DNA from: Isurus oxyrinchus
Lineage: Eukaryota
Length of the DNA: 64,000 nucleotides
Assembly: GCA_026770705.1 (NCBI GenBank)
Contig: JANJGN010000020.1
Location: 80,166,001-80,230,000, forward strand
Reading direction: 5' to 3'
Position 1 is the first letter of the stretch, and each line of letters starts with the position of its first letter. Positions 12,556-26,599 of the stretch are shown piece after piece. The notes below the pieces were generated by a model. The model searched no databases. It saw only the letters and a list, made by a program, of their open reading frames with translations, and was not told the origin of the DNA. The position numbers and the translations under genes are program-made.

Positions 12556-13869
12556 TGCCCACTCCCTAAAAAGTGTTGACGCCAGTTGCACCCGATTCCC
12601 ACTTTTCAACACTGAGCGAATAGATGGCTGATGATCTAATCTCCAATATCAGCTTCCTGGTGAGATCACAGCTGGACTATGCCCCGAGTGGGAAGGACTC
12701 AATGCTTATTAAACATCGAGTTCAGTTCAGTCAATGTTCCACAAAACAATGCGGCACTTTGCTATTATCGTGGCGGAGGCGGGGTGAATGGCGTGGGGGG
12801 CGTGTTTGGGAGGTGTGGGCAGATACAAATATTACATTTTTCATCAACCAAAATACTACGACCACATTTTTACACATTGCTCTCAATTCCTTGACATGGT
12901 TATCCATATAATACTGTGTTACATAGTTCTTCTATTGTGAAAATTCAATGTCATATAATGAGAAGTGAAGTTGTTTATCTTTATTGAATGTCGATAGCTT
13001 TCGTTACTGAACAAGCTGTTCTTTTACCATCAGCCATACGAATTACACGCTTAACTTTTTCCCTGCAGTATTGTATCAGTCTTGATCAATATAACTGAAA
13101 TTCTACCAATTCTTGATTTATTAATTTTGGTCTTCACCTGTATCTTTGCTGTCAATTGAAATGAATCCGTAAGACAAATTATTTTATTTCTACACGTGAC
13201 CAAACGAGTAAAGCTTCCTGAAGCTTGTGAATTAGTGCAATAACTTAATTTTAAATGATTATCAACATACTTCATCCTGCAACTGACCCTTGCTGAAGAG
13301 TCTGTGCTGGCCGGATAACCTCCTGCTGATGCAAATGGACAAATTATTCGCTACTTAGCAGTCAGTGACAAAAGAAGGCACCTACAAAAATGTTAGGATA
13401 CAATATGATGCAATATGAACAAACTTTATGGCAGTTTTACTAATTGTAATCGAGAAGGTATTCAATGCTGCAACCACCTGTTCGAAAGCATTCCTGTCGT
13501 TTCCGGCTATCCATTCCAGAGGGATGGACCTGCAGGTCTTTGACTGGAATCTCTCCTGCACGCTGGGCAGCTGCCACCTGTAAAATCCATTCTTCTCTTA
13601 TCAGTAGATGCAAGGACCTAACAATCTCCTACAAAAAGCTATTAAATAAATGCTTTAGGTGCACTTTCCGAGATTCAGTGGATTTTGAATTTATTAATCA
13701 TTGATATAGTTAGACGAGTTGTGCCCAGGAGATTGAATATAAGGAGGGAGGGAAGGAGCACACTGCTTCCATGATTTGAAGGATCAGGAGTGAACGCCGA
13801 CAGGTGAGAAGTTGTAAAGAATTTAGAAAAGACAGAACAAGCAATCCCTTTGCTTGAGGAATGAGAGTT

Positions 13870-14610
13870 TGGTTGCATAGGTTGTTGATCGCATTGGGTG
13901 GGCAATCGGCTTACCACGATGGGTTGCCCAGTTGCACAGGCAGTTGGGCCATGTAGGTGGGTGATCAGGTTGGGTGGACAGTGGCTCGGGCAGGCAGTCA
14001 GATCGGGATTAATCAGTTTGGGTCAGTTGGGTGGTTGAGTACAGTGGTGATTCAGGTTGGGTTGAAGAGTTGGTCGTATGGTATAGCTGTGTTGGCAGGT
14101 AATCAGTTCACGAAAGAGCAGTCAGGTCGTGAGGAGAGATGGGGGCTATTAGGGGGCTGGTTGGTTGGAGAATAGCCGAGTTGGAAGGTGTAGACGGGGC
14201 GGAGAGAGGGTAATCAGGTGGGCTTGGCAATCAGTGGCATGGACAGTTGTGTTGGTGGGATGTTGCATGTCATGAGCAGTCGGATCGGGTCGGCTGTCAA
14301 TTTTGGGGAAGTTGTCAGGTTTTTGGTGTGGTGGTGGTGATGAGTTGAAGACTTGGATGTTGGGCTCAGTTCAGTTCTCCTGGTTAATCTCTGAGATATA
14401 TCAACTATTACCCAGCATAACATTCGCAGCGCAAGCATCTAGGCAAGTCCCGTGTATCTGACCCCCAACTCTCCGACACTGATCTCAGTGCATGGGAAAT
14501 TGACAGTGGTGTCAGGACAACCCGAATCTGCCAGTCAGAAATTAAAACTTTCTGGGCAATTTCACCATGTGTATACTTGTCAGGACGCCCGCAGTGTTTG
14601 GGATGCATAA
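13870..14610. repeat. G/T-skewed unclassified repeat
   Basis: Runs of GGGT/TCGG/TTGG. A C-skewed counterpart of similar style lies at about 44930-45800. Confidence 0.35.
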
Positions 14611-14971
14611 CAGAAAATTAAATTCACTCTTGTGGACATTGGAAGTTTTGGAACTTTAGCTGTTTACTACACTGGCTCTTCTCATAGCAGTACCTGCCAT
14701 GCAACCGAGTTATGGTCAATATAGAGAGGTTTTACTCCAGTGTTGAAAAATGTTAATGGCTGTTCTCTATGTACCCTGAATGGCAATTGTGCCACAGTAG
14801 GAAGAAACTATTATAATCTCCGTGGAAAATCAGCATACATGAATCAAAGTGGACAATGTTTTATGATATTTCTTAACTAAAACAACACATTGTGGGGGCA
14901 GCGAAAAGGCCACCATTCAAGCCTGGAATATTGGCTGCAATTTATATATTGTTAGAACAGGTAGAGTTCGT

Positions 14972-15875
14972 TTAATTTTGAATTTTTTTTATCAATATCA
15001 GAATTATTGTCCTAGGAGATTTTACTATCTTCTTCAGCTCTCCCTGAATTTGGTTTGTGTTGCTGCATAAATAAACGTGTTTGTGCAGGAACTCAAATAC
15101 ATGAGTATTTTCCGGTTTGAGTGGCGATGAATGCAGGAGCTGCATAATCCGGTCGTACATGAAGGACCATACCACTGACTAACGAACAAACGACTGCCGT
15201 CAGCCACAATATTATAAAAGCTATCGATACAGTGATGAGTAATATAATCGATTTTCTTCGGTTCTGTATTTCTGGATCACTCTGATTCTCGCTACTGAGA
15301 CCTCGGAGCTCCTTACAAACTGGACTGGCTAATACAATCCGCCTGACTGTAAAGCAATTAAACAGTAATATCAACGTGAAAGGAATCGATATCACTAAAA
15401 TATTTTGTAGTCAAATAATTATTACACAAAAATGAGATGTATAAAATTCTTGGCTGGGTTTGCAACCCCGGTGAGAATTGTTACTTCTTCGCTCAGGTTC
15501 AAATGCAAATCAATTTGCTGTGTTCTCTAAACGTGTGAGGACACAGATTGTGGTTAGAACTGCAGCCGCAATTGTCACTGTATAATACCTTGTCATAAAC
15601 TTGTGGCTACTTGTAGATACGAACCGGTCAAATGTGAAGGAGACTGTAAACCATACCGATAAATACAGGTTGGTACTAACTGAGTACATAATGAACTTGC
15701 AGTTTGATGTACAATACATGATTATATGTGGAAAACGCAAACTCAGGCTTTTTTTACGAGAACATTGATGAGCATAACCAGTAAATCGGATATTGCCATG
15801 GACACCATGTAGAAAGAAATACATTTTGAAAGGCCACATTTTCCTCTGGATACATTACGATTCACATCAGGTTCG
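14972..15875 (-). pseudogene. GPR139-like GPCR pseudogene, copy C (complete exon 2 remnant)
   Basis: Acceptor TTTTTCCCACAG|CGAACCTG at 15876/15875, then SRGKCG, KCISFYMVSMAISDLLV, LSVWFTVSFTFDRFV, IPFTLILLFNCFTVRRIV, NQSDPEIQNRRKSIILL and RPDY. Multiple frameshifts. Confidence 0.9.
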
Positions 15876-16050
15876 CTGTGGGAAAAATGGAGAGAAGGTA
15901 GGTAGCATGGACACTCAGATACATTCCGCAGAATATTATGGGAAATGTTACCATGAATTTCTACCCAGCGTTATATACATATTTCTGATTCATAATATTG
16001 GCCAATGTTGATGAAATTGCTGAAAAATAATAAACGAATATACACTCTAT

Positions 16051-16970
16051 TGTGATGAAATAGTTCCAAGGGCAGTATTTTTCCGTCTAGCCCTAGCTGA
16101 GAAAAGAGACCGGAAACAGGTTTCTGGAGGAAGAATGTCTTATTTGGACACCAGAGTTCTGAGAAATAAACCTGAGCACGTAACTGACAAGGAAACTGAA
16201 ACTGATTCGGAAATATCAATGGATTGGGAGTCAGATTTCAGTCTGTGGTCAGAACCAGCCGGAGTCTAAAACGTTAAATTGTTTTTTTTTCAGCAGGGGC
16301 TGGCCAGGCCTAGGTGTTCTCGCTGAAGCTATCTGAGGGAAGAAGCTTAAAAGTCTAAACCCTGAGAAAAGCTCTGAACCACCCCGGCAAGCTGAAGAGC
16401 AAGGATTTTTTTCCTTTATTACCCAGAGCAAATCATAGGTTGTTCTGACGTTATTGAAATGTGTATGGCAGTGATTCTGGGAAAACCCCGCTATCAGGTA
16501 TCTTGTGACCAGAGTCAAACGGGCTCCTCAGAAGTAGGACTTATTGATGATAATCATATTCATGGACCTTGGATTGAGTCCAATGGATGTTCGAGGCCAT
16601 TTGGGAAACAGGCCCTGCGTCACGAAGAGTGCTTGAGCACTGCTGGAGCAAGATCGAGTTGTGAGAATCATGGGGACAGGACACAGAGCCAACTATGTCC
16701 TGAGAACTAGCTGAGCAATCCCTGAGAATTATCATGGTTTCAACAGCTACTTCAACAATAACTAACACGTTCTACTGAATGAAATTAGCCAATAATTATA
16801 CACTTATTAACTTTGGTTTAGGGTAAATGTTTTAAAAAGTGAAATTTTGTCCATTGTTTTCTTCCATCGGGCTCCTTCAGGAAGTTCGGCTCTTTCAGGT
16901 AATTGATCTTCAAGTCCACTGTAACGCTATGGATAAGGGCTTGGATTTACCATCATCCCGGTAAATTACA
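16051..16970 (+). mobile_element. Putative solo LTR
   Basis: Begins TGTGATG, non-coding, with a 3' segment (AAAGTGAAATTTTGTCC...) resembling fish Gypsy LTR ends. Termini and TSD not confirmed. Confidence 0.3.
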
Positions 16971-17909
16971 GTCTGATGTTATCATGGAGCTGAGGGAAAG
17001 GCCACTCTAATTCCATCTGGAGAATAGTAAGGGTGATTAGCCCCAAAGTCCTCTCTTTACCACCGACCCGAATGCACTGATGCCTCAACTGAATCTAATC
17101 TTTGCTTCAGACAATAGTGTAAAACTGATTAAACCGGATCAGGCGTCCGTCATACAGATTGCCCGATTGCCTTTGAATGACCATCTTCCCTGACACTGGA
17201 TTGAGGCTCAATTGAACTATACAGGACAAGTTACCCGTGAGTATCTCTCAGCGACAGTCCAGTTACCGAATTAAATTTCGTTAAGGGAAATAGGATATTT
17301 CTATAACTTGGTGAATTTCAGCAGTCAAATAATATACTGATTTCCTGAAATACAATCTTCCTGTCATCAGGCATTTATCGTCCAATAAACAGAGTAAATG
17401 TGATAACCTGTCTCTGGGGCTACTGTTACAATAAATAGATTTTTACAGTCGGTTCCTTCTGATTATTCGGGAAGGACATCAGATGGCAGCTGTGTTCAAT
17501 ATAATTTCCAATCCATTACAGGAATAATTACATTCAAATAAAACTTTTAGCTGAAGAAAAAATCTATCCAATTTAGTTCAAAAGATTGCCATTTGCCTAT
17601 TTAAAATCGCTCTGATGGACGCCCTCAGGAACTTAATGGGAGGTGGTGGATCTTCAAAGATTGTTTGCGAGGGAGGAATGAGGAGCAGCCCCCTGTTTCC
17701 CAAAACATCTTCCCATCCCCTTCTGGGCAGAGGACGCTGAAGTTTTGGGAAATATCACTGCAATGTACACAATAGGCAGCATAACATTTGACATAGTTAC
17801 TTTGGACACTAAGCAAAACATTCTTTAGAGGACTATAAACTGTTGGAGTGACGGGAAATCAACCTCCCTCTCCTTCAGTGTGAGGAGGATAATTATGCTC
17901 CAGATGCCC

Positions 17910-17972
17910 ACAATTTGCCGAGCAGAACCGCGGTTCACGTGCCATGTGAACGGGTCGGATTCCCGCTATAAT
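17910..17972 (+). tRNA. Possible tRNA-Gly(GCC) relic
   Basis: Perfect 5-bp arm TTCAC-GTGCCAT-GTGAA with GCC centred, followed by CGGGTCGGATTCCCG (T-arm-like). The 5' half is poor. Confidence 0.35.
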
Positions 17973-20687
17973 CAGCAATTTACTCTGCTGGAGTAATTAC
18001 ATGGCAGGAAGACATTCTCGCAATCATCCAAATACTCATCAGCATTGAAATACTATGCAGTGGTTAGACAACACTGACTTAGCGGGAATACCAATGGCTG
18101 CGAGAATTGGGTACTAAATGTTCGATTCTTGTCGGATCGTTTGCTGGATATTTTTTTTAGAAGGATGCGAGAGTTCATCCACTTTTCTGATTGTATGGAA
18201 CATCCGTAACTGCTTCCACTTATATAGGCCAACCTGTTTCTAAACGAGCTATGGATGTAATTACATAACTTAAACTTACTATCTTCTGTGGCGACACCGC
18301 GTCATTACTCTGAGTTATTATTACATACCATGATATTGCTCTAAAATTGGCAGTGCTGGAGATATCCGTATACTTATGCTATTGCTGTTAGTCAACAATA
18401 CTAGTCATTATCTAATCTAATATGAATAGTGGAAAACATGGTAGAAAATTGTCTGTGCTGATGTTAATCTATTATTCCCAATGCAAATTCCACTCAACCA
18501 TAAGGATGCTCTGCTCTCACGCTATTTTTCGTGAAATACCAGCAGTAAATGATCAGAATACTGAACCGATCTTGTAGCATCACTGGAGAGCGAATCAGAG
18601 CTAATGTTTCAGGTAGTGGTCAGCATTTACTTTCTCATTCCAGGTTTCTAGAATCACAGTATTTTGTTTTCGGATTATTGAGTTTGATCCTATTCCAGAA
18701 TTTTCAAGGTCACGCTATCATCATGCCCATGATGGTGATATTGGCATAACATCACTGGTGGTAACCCTACTGCTGAGTTACAGGTCAGGCTCCTGCTCAA
18801 CTCTTACTCATGATATCCTTTCACTGACATTGCTGTTGGTGACGTCATCGTAGCTGAACTGATATTGAATTTAACTTCACTGAGGAAGCCCCTACACGAG
18901 CATTAATCATTGTACACTTTCGAGCTGTGACCCTACTCGAACGTTATGCCTGCGTCCTGTAAGCCAAGTTATTCATGATGACATCATTGACACATTTTTT
19001 GGATGTGATCTGGTGCCTCCAAGATTTCTTTTCTTGTTTTGTTTTATTTGCTTCCAAAATCAGGCCGCCGGATTACGAGGTAATGCTCCGCATTGCCGGA
19101 CTTACATCGGGAGCATGTTTAATGCTTTGGGTAAATATCATGACACACGTAAGCTTGGGAATAGCTGAAAGAGGAATAAGGAAAATAAATCAAATAGACT
19201 TTTAGGCTGTAACTGGGTTTGGAGAATGAGAGGGAGGCATAATATGTCACTGAAAAAATGCTGCTAGATCAGAGAAATCTATTAATTGCTCACATTTAAT
19301 AAAGGCGGAACCATTTAACCATGAATATGCAGAGTTGATAACGACGTTTACACCTGATAACTGAACACAAAGCAGAGCCAAACAATGAAATGGCATGTCA
19401 ACATTCTGGAGCACATTACTACTTCCAATTGGCGAGGTATTGATTGTGTATCACACCAGTCGATAGCGATGAAAACAGGAAAAAATTGACTTAAGTCCAG
19501 TTGGCTAATGATTGACAATATTTGCATTCAAGTGGGGAGTTAAATGTAGATATTACACTGAGTACCTATGCAAGGGACAGCTTACCAATCTGCCAATTGC
19601 AATAAATATTATCCAGGATAGAGCGGGTGGGACCATAAAGCCCACTTGTTTCCCAACCATGCGCCAATCGCTTAAAATGTCGTTAGATAGTTGTGAAGCA
19701 GCTGTTTTGTTTGCATTTGACAGCGGTTAATTCAAGGAATCTGCTCTCTATCTTGCAACCAGGTGAGAAGACTCCTTGTGTTTAAGAAGCGAGCGGTCAC
19801 TAATTATTTCATTTAAATTACTTTTATTCATTTTCACCTACTCTATACTAAAGCCATTGCGAGTGGCGAGTGTCATCTGAATTTAAATTGCCTTTGCAGC
19901 AGTTGTTACTGGAGAACATCGGGACGACGCTTGAATGATTTATATTGTCAATATCATTTTCGTTTTAAACCTTGCAGTGCAGCATCGAGCTCGTAAACAG
20001 GCACCCCGTCTTTCACAATTATCATTGCCCACAAAACAGGCCACAAAACGTAAGATAACTGGGATTTCACACTTCCAAGTGGTTACTCTGTAAACCGAAG
20101 AGGAAATGAGGTGGGATGGTGGGGCGGGAGAATCCTTCACCCCCTCTCTAACATACAGAAAAAGACTGGCCGCAGCTGTCCTAACAGATATTTAATACAG
20201 AACCAGAGAATGCTGAAAATACAGGGCGGGTCTGGCAGCTTCTGTGTCATCAGGTCCATGAGTTTTGGTCAGAACGGACATATTTATTTCGTGTTAGTGG
20301 CTAATGTGCCGCAATTCTGGTTGTCCACAAATCAATCTGCGGAATTACTTACACGTTGCGTTCAGGTTTTAAGGTTGTTTGGGGGCGAGGTGGAAGGAGC
20401 ATGTGTTGGTGCAAGCAGAGGATGGGGATACCTAGGGAATGTGGTCAGGCCGGAAATTCCAGTCATGTCTTAATTTGTATGGAGCCATAAAGCAAATTAT
20501 ACTCTATTGGCTGGGCATAAATAATTTGAAGCAAATGTTGGGCATTCACTTTATACATAGCATGCTTGCGAATCCTTGCAAGTGCGGCTGCCTTCCATCG
20601 TCCTGATTATTGTATGTGGTGCAATAAATTTTTACTTTCCCCTGGTGTTGAGTACTTTTGGTGAAACGGCATCAAAGAAAGGTTACC

Positions 20688-21630
20688 CATAGAATTATAG
20701 AATGGTTACTGTACTGAAGGAGGCCATTCAGCACAAGATATCTCTCTGTTCTCTGCAATAGCAACTTGGTCAGCCCCACTCCTACTCCTTTACCATGTAG
20801 CCCTGAAAATATTTTGTTTTCTGATAATTATCCATTTGCATTTTGAAAACTGCAATTGAACTGTCTCCACGCACACTCAGATCCAAACAAATTGTTGCAT
20901 AAAGATGTTTATCCTCACTTCACCTCTTTTTTGTTAATTTTGTTAATCACATTAGTTCCTCGACCCCTTGTCAATGGAAACAGCTTTTCCCCACTTATAC
21001 TATCGAGACCCCTTATGATTTTTAGTACGACTAACACATCTCCCCTCAACCTTCTCCTCCAAGAAGAACAGCCCCAGTTTCATCCATCTATCCAAATAAC
21101 GGAAATCGCTCTTCTTCGATAATATCCTCGAAATTCAAAAATTAATCATTTTGTGAACAATTTGTAAAGCATTCATTTTAGTTGAGCCTACATTTTATGA
21201 AAGTTCATAGCATAGTTCTTTTTGTATTCTATGCCCCGATTTATAAAACCCAGAATATAGGACCCAGGATTGCTTTCTCAAACAGCCCTGCACATTCACT
21301 GATTTATGCACATATACACCCATGTCCCTCTCTCCTGCATCATCTTGAATGATATTTTTTATTTTACATCATCTGTCCTCGTTAACCTGACCAAAATGTA
21401 TCAGTTCATACTTCTGTGCATTAAATCTCCCCTGCCTCCCGTCTTTCCATTCCACTAGCCTATCATTATACCCTTGAAGTCCATCATTTTTCTTTTCACA
21501 ATTCACAGTACTTACAAATCGTGCACCAATGTCAAATTCTGAAGTTATTCCCTGCACACCCAGGTCTAGGTTATTCAAATCAATCAAGAATAGCAGTAAT
21601 CTCGCTACATACCACCAGCATCCCCTCTCC
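20688..21630 (-). mobile_element. CR1-type LINE 3' fragment
   Basis: Reverse tail CATAGAATTATAGAAT...GGAGGCCATTCAG. ORF 21369..21587 reads LQGYNDRLVEW...FNAQKYELIHFG. Confidence 0.8.
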
Positions 21631-22074
21631 TCCAGTCAGAAGTAAGTTAAGTTTTCTGTAATTCATGCTTTAATAGGCTTGAATTCAATTTTTAAACTGT
21701 GGCATAGTGAATTTCTAGCTTTGCTAAAGACTAATCATTCACAACACCATGTGGTTATCAAAAAAATGCTTCCGGGAACTAATAATGTTCAATAAGAAAC
21801 ATCGGTTCAATGACATTTGGGGACTCAAATCATTAACAGAGGGAAAGAACGTTAAAATACATTTAGAAACGTTCTAACCAACTCGTTTGCTTAGAGCCCC
21901 TGCATCTTAAAATCTCCGATTTCACCAGAGCATTTAAATCAGTCGTATGGGGTATTAAAACCACATCAAGTCATAATTGATGTCCGACCTCTAAAATATT
22001 AGATAACGAGGTCTTGTGGACTCTGCAAAAAACCCCAGTTTCAAGTGCCACTACAGAGCATAATGAACAAGAAT

Positions 22075-23255
22075 CATTGTTATTCATTTACGGGATGTGG
22101 GCTTCGCTGGATCAGCTAGCATTAATTGCTTATCCTTAGTTGCCAACGAAAAGGTTTTTGTGAGCTGCCTTCATGAATCGCCACAGTCCCTGTGGGTATC
22201 AGTTTACCAATAGTGTAGTTAAGAAGGTACCTCCAGGGTATTTAAGCCTGTGACAGTGAAGAAAGTGCGCTATATTTCCAATTCAGGCTGGTGAGTGACA
22301 TGGAGGGGAAAATTCAGCTGGTGGCTTTCTCAGGTATCTGCTGCTCTTGTCCTCTTAGCTTGTAGTGGTCGTTTGTTTTGTAGGTGTTGTATTGGCAGCC
22401 TTGGTGAATTCCTGCAGTACATCTTGTAGATGGTACACACTGCTGCTATTGTGCTTTGACGGTGGGGGGATTGAATTTTTGTGGACGGCATTCCTATCAA
22501 GCGGGCTGCTTTGTCCTGGATGGCGTCAGTCTTCTTGAGTGTTGTTGGAGCTGCACTCATCCAGGCAAGCGGACAATATTTCATCACACCCCTGACTTAT
22601 ACCTTGTAGATGGTGGACAGGCTTTGTGGATGAATGAGGTGAGTTACTCGCAGCATGATTCCTAACCTCTGAACTGCTCTCACAATCACAATTATTATAT
22701 GGCTAGTCTAGGTCAGGTTCTGTTCAATGGTAATCCCCAGGATGTTGATAAAGGGGAATTCATTTTCGTAATTTCATTTAACACAAAGGGGCAATGGTTG
22801 GATTATGTCTTGCTGGAGAATGTCATTGCTTGGTGCTTTGCGCGAATGTTACTTGGCACTTGTCAGCCCAAGCCTGGATACTGTCTAGGTCTTGCTGCAT
22901 TTGGACATGGGATGCTTCAGTATCCAATGAATTGTGAATAGTGCTGCACGTGTGCAATCATCAGCGAAAATCCCCACTTCTGACGTTCTTATGGAAGGAA
23001 AATCATTGATGAAGCAGCTGAAGACAGTTGGGAGACAAGACGAACCTAAGGAATTCCTGCTGTGATGCCCAAGAGCTGAGATGTTTGATCTACAGCAACC
23101 AAAACTATATTCATTCGTATTTGGTATGACTCCAATCAACAGAGAAGTTTCCCCCTAGTTCCAATTCGCTCCAATTAGGATTGGAGTCGTTGACACCACG
23201 CTCTGTCAAATGTTGCCTTGATATGAAGTCAGTCACTCCCACATCACCCAAGGTA
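22075..23255 (-). mobile_element. CR1/L2-group LINE, RT and 3' tail (second family)
   Basis: FSCFINDFPS...EVGIFADDCT (RT catalytic motif) and YCPLAWMSAAPTTLKK.DAIQDKAARLIG. The tail ends TTATTCATTTACGGGATGTGGGC on the + strand. Confidence 0.88.
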
Positions 23256-23599
23256 CATCAGTAAAATCAAGCAAAGCAAACAGTTCAGACAGACCCGTGG
23301 AAAGCTCCAAATGAGTTTCCTTGGTATCAATGCGATGGTGTCACTTTCTCACAACACATAACATATGAAACCGTTTACTCAATGGGGAAATCAACCTCTG
23401 TGCCATCGTATCTCCAACTGAAATTTCTGAAACTTTATATTTTCCCCAAAATATGTAATCATCAAAGCTTTAAAATCCTAATATGGGTGAAAGTGCATGA
23501 TTTGCTCACTCAAAACCCGATAACTGATGAATAGTGATGGTTGCAGCAAGAAAAGGGATAAAATTCAAAACTTCGCATTACATAGCCTGGCTCTAATTT

Positions 23600-23673
23600 C
23601 CTATCGTGCTTTAGTTGGTTAAGGCCCTTATCTTGTAAATAGGTGACACTAATTTCAAGTTTCACTAATGCAT
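23600..23673 (+). tRNA. tRNA-Thr pseudogene (anticodon reads TGT)
   Basis: CGTGCTTTAGTTGGTTAAGGCCCTTATCTTGTAAATAGGTGA versus tRNA-Thr CGTGGCTTAGTTGGTTAAAGCGCCTGTCTnGTAAACAGGAGA. B box degraded. Confidence 0.62.
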
Positions 23674-24528
23674 CTATCCATTAAGTCAATGTTTTAAAAG
23701 TGATTATCTAACGAATGCTCAAAGTGGTATTGAAAATCATCTGCCCACATAAAGAAGCCAGATAGGATAAATGTCGCCTTCAGGGGTTCATACACGATGA
23801 AATTTTGAATTATCGCTGGAGATAACTGTTAGCGAGGATTAATTAGCGTTTGTTACTGCACCTAGGCAGGAAAGTGTGGGGAGGGCTCATTCAGAGCATT
23901 GTTCTGTTCTGATGAAAAACCATCAGCCTAAACTGTTCTCTTTGCTTGTCTCCACTGGTGTTCCTGGGTGAGATAAGAATTGCATCAAGGTAGCACTTGA
24001 CAGAGCTTCGCATCAAGGAACACGAGTTAAATTTGCTTCAATGGGGAAAGGGCGGAAAACTCTGTGCTGTTTGGAGTGCCAGAGCTTTTCGTGATTCTCA
24101 CAATGTAGAACGATACTCCCAAAGAGCTCTCTTGCCTTAAAAAGGGTTAATATCATACTTTCCAGGAACAAGCACAATGTGGAATTGCTTACCTATTCAC
24201 AAAATCCAACTCTGTGTGCTTGGAGCTTTCCTCTCCAATTTCTTCAATTTCACATCTCGCTGAAAGAAGCACAATGTTCAAAGCGTTGAAAGTTCACTGC
24301 TGATACCTAGGTACCAAAAGTTGTCAAATTACCAGGCACGAGTAAGGTGCAATTAATTGTTGTAGGTTAGAAGATTTGTGAAATGAAGCCAAAGAGAGGT
24401 TGCTGGTCTGCCCGTGAGGGAAATGCACTGCAGACTGTGAATTCCCAAACAAGGGAATGTAAGCAATAAAAGTTTGTAATGCATTGTGTTAGCCAGAAAA
24501 AAAGATCTATACGAAGCATGGAAAATCC

Positions 24529-24601
24529 TGCCGGATATCTCAATTGGTAAAGCATCAGAGGGTTAATCTACGGGTCTATGGTTCGAATCCCGGTTCATCT
24601 G
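24529..24601 (+). tRNA. tRNA-Lys(TTT)-derived pseudogene (anticodon loop mutated)
   Basis: GCCGGATATCTCAATTGGTAAAGCATCAGAGGGTTAATCTACGGGTCTATGGTTCGAATCCCGGTTC aligns to tRNA-Lys GCCCGGATAGCTCAGTCGGTAGAGCATCAGAC. The B box GGTTCGAATCC is intact. Confidence 0.75.
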
Positions 24602-26225
24602 CTGCCGATCGACTTATGTTGTTCCCCCTGTGATGCAACAGGGGTGAAATGAGTAAGGGATGCTGAGTTCTTGAAGAGAGAAGAAGAGACAGATATATTT
24701 CTTCGAATTGCAGAAACATACTGTCTTCTGGAAAGTATTGCAGCTTCGATCATATTTTAAGAATTCTTTTATAGTTGTCAAGCTGTCCTAAACGTCAAAG
24801 GAGTTTCCTGGTTTTCCTCTCGTTTGGCCGAGGCACCGTCGCTGTGAATCACTGGCAACAATATGACATGTTGCAGCCCCATTCCTGGCGCCAACGAAGG
24901 CAGTTTCCCTCTATTTAACCTACCTTGTGGTTTAAACTGAACAGAAGCCTCGATCAGATCACCCTCAATTCGTATTTTCTCAAAAGATTCGAAAAAGGGA
25001 GGGTCTCTGAAAAGGAAAAAAAAATGTGCAGGAGGAGGCAGGATATTGACAATGGTTTAATTTCTCCTTCAGATAGCCAACACAGACAGGATGGAACGAA
25101 TAGATCCCTTTTGTGCTGTATCAATTCTGTGATTATCACTTTCTCGGATTATCAAACCTAACGTCCTGACACTACCGACTGAACTCTCAAATCCCACTGG
25201 CGTACAGTGCCATCATGGATAACGCACCCCTAATGAATTTCAAGTCGCCGAAGAGGTGAACAATGATTTCTACTGCAAAATAATGGGATCCAATTCAAAA
25301 CATTGCATTAGAAAACACATTAGTAGGTTTTAAGCCACTCTGTTAGTTACATGGATCTCTATTCAAATTGTAGCAGAAAATTCAAGACAGTTGTCTAAAC
25401 ATCGAATGTAATGATTGGATCTTCGGATATGAAAGCGTGGCAGTTGAGATCTTTTTTTAATAGATAATGAGTGGCGAATATTGAGCCCAGTACCTGGAGA
25501 CCTAACTCTGTCTGCTTTTCAATGGCCCCATTTTCCTCGCAACATCGAAAATAAACACATTGCTTAAATAGTGCCTGAAATATGTACTAATTGTGTACTC
25601 GCCATATCTTTACTAAGTGGCTCTGCATCAACTGCTCATTGTATTCCATTTCTGCCTCCTGTGTTATGAATACACAGAGCGTCAAAAGAAGCAGTTTCTT
25701 TCAATTAATTCTTTCGAATTGTCTTGATAGTTTCACAAAACTGAATTGTGGAATGAATACGGAAAACGATAATGCAACTAAATTTCTGGTCCTGCCATTA
25801 AAAGGTTGTTTACCTGTTGCGCCTTTAAAGGACCTGATGTGGCATCTGGTCATTGCGTTACTGCAGCATCTGAAAGCCCTTTTATAATTAACACTGTTTT
25901 GTTTGAAAATTGATTTTGTGCACATCGGTGTGCTCGTTCTGAATTAACGTGCGTGTGACTGTTTTATCTCTCAATGTATTTGTGTGTCTCTGCATTGTGC
26001 ATAAAAATATCTAGGAGTGATTGGGAAAACAAAAGAAATAGGCAGAAAAAAACCTTTCTGCATCAATCCGGATTCAGACCAAATGAGGAAAACGCAGATC
26101 TGTGTAACCAGTAGAATGATCAAACGTTTTATATTCGGCACAAGAAGTCAAAATCACACCAACGAAAGACACTTTCTCAGCGTTGTTAACAGCGGCGATC
26201 AAAGTGCGTTTCAGTGCCATATTAA

Positions 26226-26308
26226 GTATTCGTGGCCGCGTGGTTAAAGGGCTGGACTAGAAGCCCTTTGGGGACTCCCCGTGCAGCTTCATAATACTTC
26301 CCACCACG
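26226..26308 (+). tRNA. tRNA-Ser(AGA) pseudogene
   Basis: GTATTCGTGGCCGCGTGGTTAAAGGGCTGGACTAGAAGCCCTTTGGGGACTCCCCGTGCAG...CCACG versus canonical Ser-AGA. Long variable arm retained, T loop mutated. Confidence 0.8.
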
Positions 26309-26599
26309 CGACTTGATCAGTCTTAAAATTGACCGAATTCCTTGGGCACACATCATGTGTACATCATCCGATATCCCACGCCTTTCAATAACAGAAGTCA
26401 TTTTCCTCATTATTATTCATCTGTGTGTATTCACAACATTTCTGTCGTGAAGGTAGCTAAATTAATGACAGCCTTCTTTTCAGAGCTGTCACTTCAAGTC
26501 TAATTATATGCGCCCTAATACGTGCGTGGGCATGTTTGTTGCGTGTGTTTGTACTTGTGTGCGTTGTTTTTGTTTATTGCTCTTTCGTTGTTCTTTGCT

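Noticed and set aside
19090-19170. Candidate exon 1 for GPCR copy C (minus-strand GTAAGT donor)
   Set aside because: Translation does not match the IYY.ILA..GVP pattern and contains a stop.
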